DNA from: Octopus vulgaris
Lineage: Eukaryota
Assembly (NCBI GenBank): GCA_951406725.2
Contig: OX597814.1
Coordinates: 86,924,001-86,988,000 of the forward strand
DNA length: 64,000 bases
Reading direction: 5' to 3'
How positions within the stretch are numbered: the stretch's first letter is position 1; each line of letters begins with the position of its first letter. The notes below the pieces were generated by a model. That model was given only the letters and a program-made list of their open reading frames with translations. It made no database searches and was not told where the DNA came from. The translations under genes were made by a program, and so were the position numbers. This document shows positions 62,559 to 64,000 of this stretch, piece by piece.

Positions 62559-62588
<30 letters not shown>

Positions 62589-62893
62589 ATAGATAGATAA
62601 ATACACGCATGTAAATACAAGTGTGTGTGTGTTTATTATCATTCTTTTTATGTCAGCTGTTCTATACTTGCAAGAAGTGTATAGTTCCTATCATAAATAG
62701 CATGGTTTGTGTTTGTGTCTAAAGTTTGTCCTCATTAGATGTTTCATTGTTCATGATTAACTCTTGCCATCTTGTCTGCTTCTATTGTAGATCATACTGT
62801 GAAGTATGCTGTATTGAACATTAAATAAAACCTATCGTAAAGTCATGCCCGTATTTTGTAAATTATCTTACTTCAATTTATTTAACATTCAAA

Positions 62894-64000
62894 ATGGAGC
62901 GATTTCTTTGACTGGAGCACTTTGATGCTATCCTTAATCCTCCTGATGCTGCAAAGAACTGCAACCACTGGCACTGAACTTTCAACAATTTTTCATCCTC
63001 CGTTGAAGATCAAAATCTTGATAAACTCCACTTGCTGACAAATTTTGTAGCTCTGTCAGTGTACGAGTATATTGCAGAATGTCCTGATTATGAAACTCTT
63101 GAAAACTCGTATGTTAAACCAAGAAATGAAATAGTCGCTAGGCATATTCTTGCCACTACAAAACAAGATCTGGATCAAACCTTAGACCAGTTTTTACAAA
63201 AACTTAAGGGACTTTCCAAAGAAAGCAACTTTAAAGCTGTTACTGCAGAAAAGAATTGTGAAGAAGCCATTTGAGATGCATTTATCAGTGGTCTAAGCTC
63301 AAATAATATCAAATAGAGACTGTTGGAAAATAAAATTCTTGACTGTCAAAGGGCTTTTAACCTGGCTTGATCTTTTGAAATGTCTGAAAAGCAATCCCTT
63401 ACACAACCCATATTCTGTGGTAGTATCTCTTTGACCAAGAATACTGAATCTGAAGATAAGTCATCTATGACAGTAGCATTGAACTCAAAATGTTTCTTTT
63501 GTGGTTACTCTTGCCATCCTATGCACAGGAGACTACCTACAAAAGATGTGGTAGAAAGGGGCATTTCTTAAAGGTTTGCTAATCTAAGCCTAATTCTACG
63601 TGGCCTGAATTTGTATCTGCCACAGATCCTTAATTGAGTACAGTTATTACTGCAGCTGCACCTACAAGCCTGTCTAAAGCTATTATCACTATTTCTGTCA
63701 ATGATGACTCTATCAAAGCTCATGTTGACACTGGAAGTTCTGAGAGCTACATTTGCTCTGATCTTGTCAAATCCCTGGAACTAAACACTTATCCCTCAAC
63801 GAGAAAGATTTCCATGGCTTCCATGAAACTTTCAAGTGTAACAAAAGGACATTGTTTTGTGCAACTCTGCTACCAAGGTCAAGTCTATGAGAGTGTAAAA
63901 ATTTCCTTGTTACCCGGACTGTGTTCAGATGTTATATTGGGACATGATTTCTTGGACCAGCATGAAGGACTTAAGATTTCTTTCAAAGGAGAAAAGCCTA
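62894..64000 (+). mobile_element. Decayed Ty3/Gypsy LTR retrotransposon gag-protease; runs off the right edge
   Basis: MERFL..., YVKPRNEIVARHILAT, DAFISGL, zinc knuckle CFFCGYSCHP, aspartic protease AHVDTGSSESYI, DVILGHDFL; several stops. Probable LTR immediately upstream (~62660-62887). Confidence 0.9.

Overview
AT-rich, microsatellite-dense eukaryotic DNA, most likely an octopus (coleoid cephalopod), judged from the tRNA-derived SINE families and the RTE LINE with a (TGA)n tail; the taxon is an inference. The only well-supported host coding sequence is the terminal exon of a cofilin/ADF gene (5950-6106, +). The rest is layered transposon debris: at least five coding copies of an RTE LINE whose RT carries an in-frame PHD finger, plus free 3' tails of it; older BovB-like RTE fragments; Penelope-like fragments; mariner, Tc1-like, hAT, piggyBac-like and Merlin-like elements; Helitrons (one with a Pif1 helicase remnant, two with double 5' ends); a solo LTR with a TSD; and a decayed Gypsy gag-protease at the right edge. 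The most unusual object is a 541-bp head-to-head insertion (54118-54658). Each arm joins a tRNA-like Pol III head to a minimal hammerhead ribozyme motif, the insertion has a 12-bp TSD, and an empty-site paralog lies 500 bp away. It looks like a Penelope-mobilised, ribozyme-carrying SINE-like element. All alignments were done by eye; most boundaries without a TSD are approximate.
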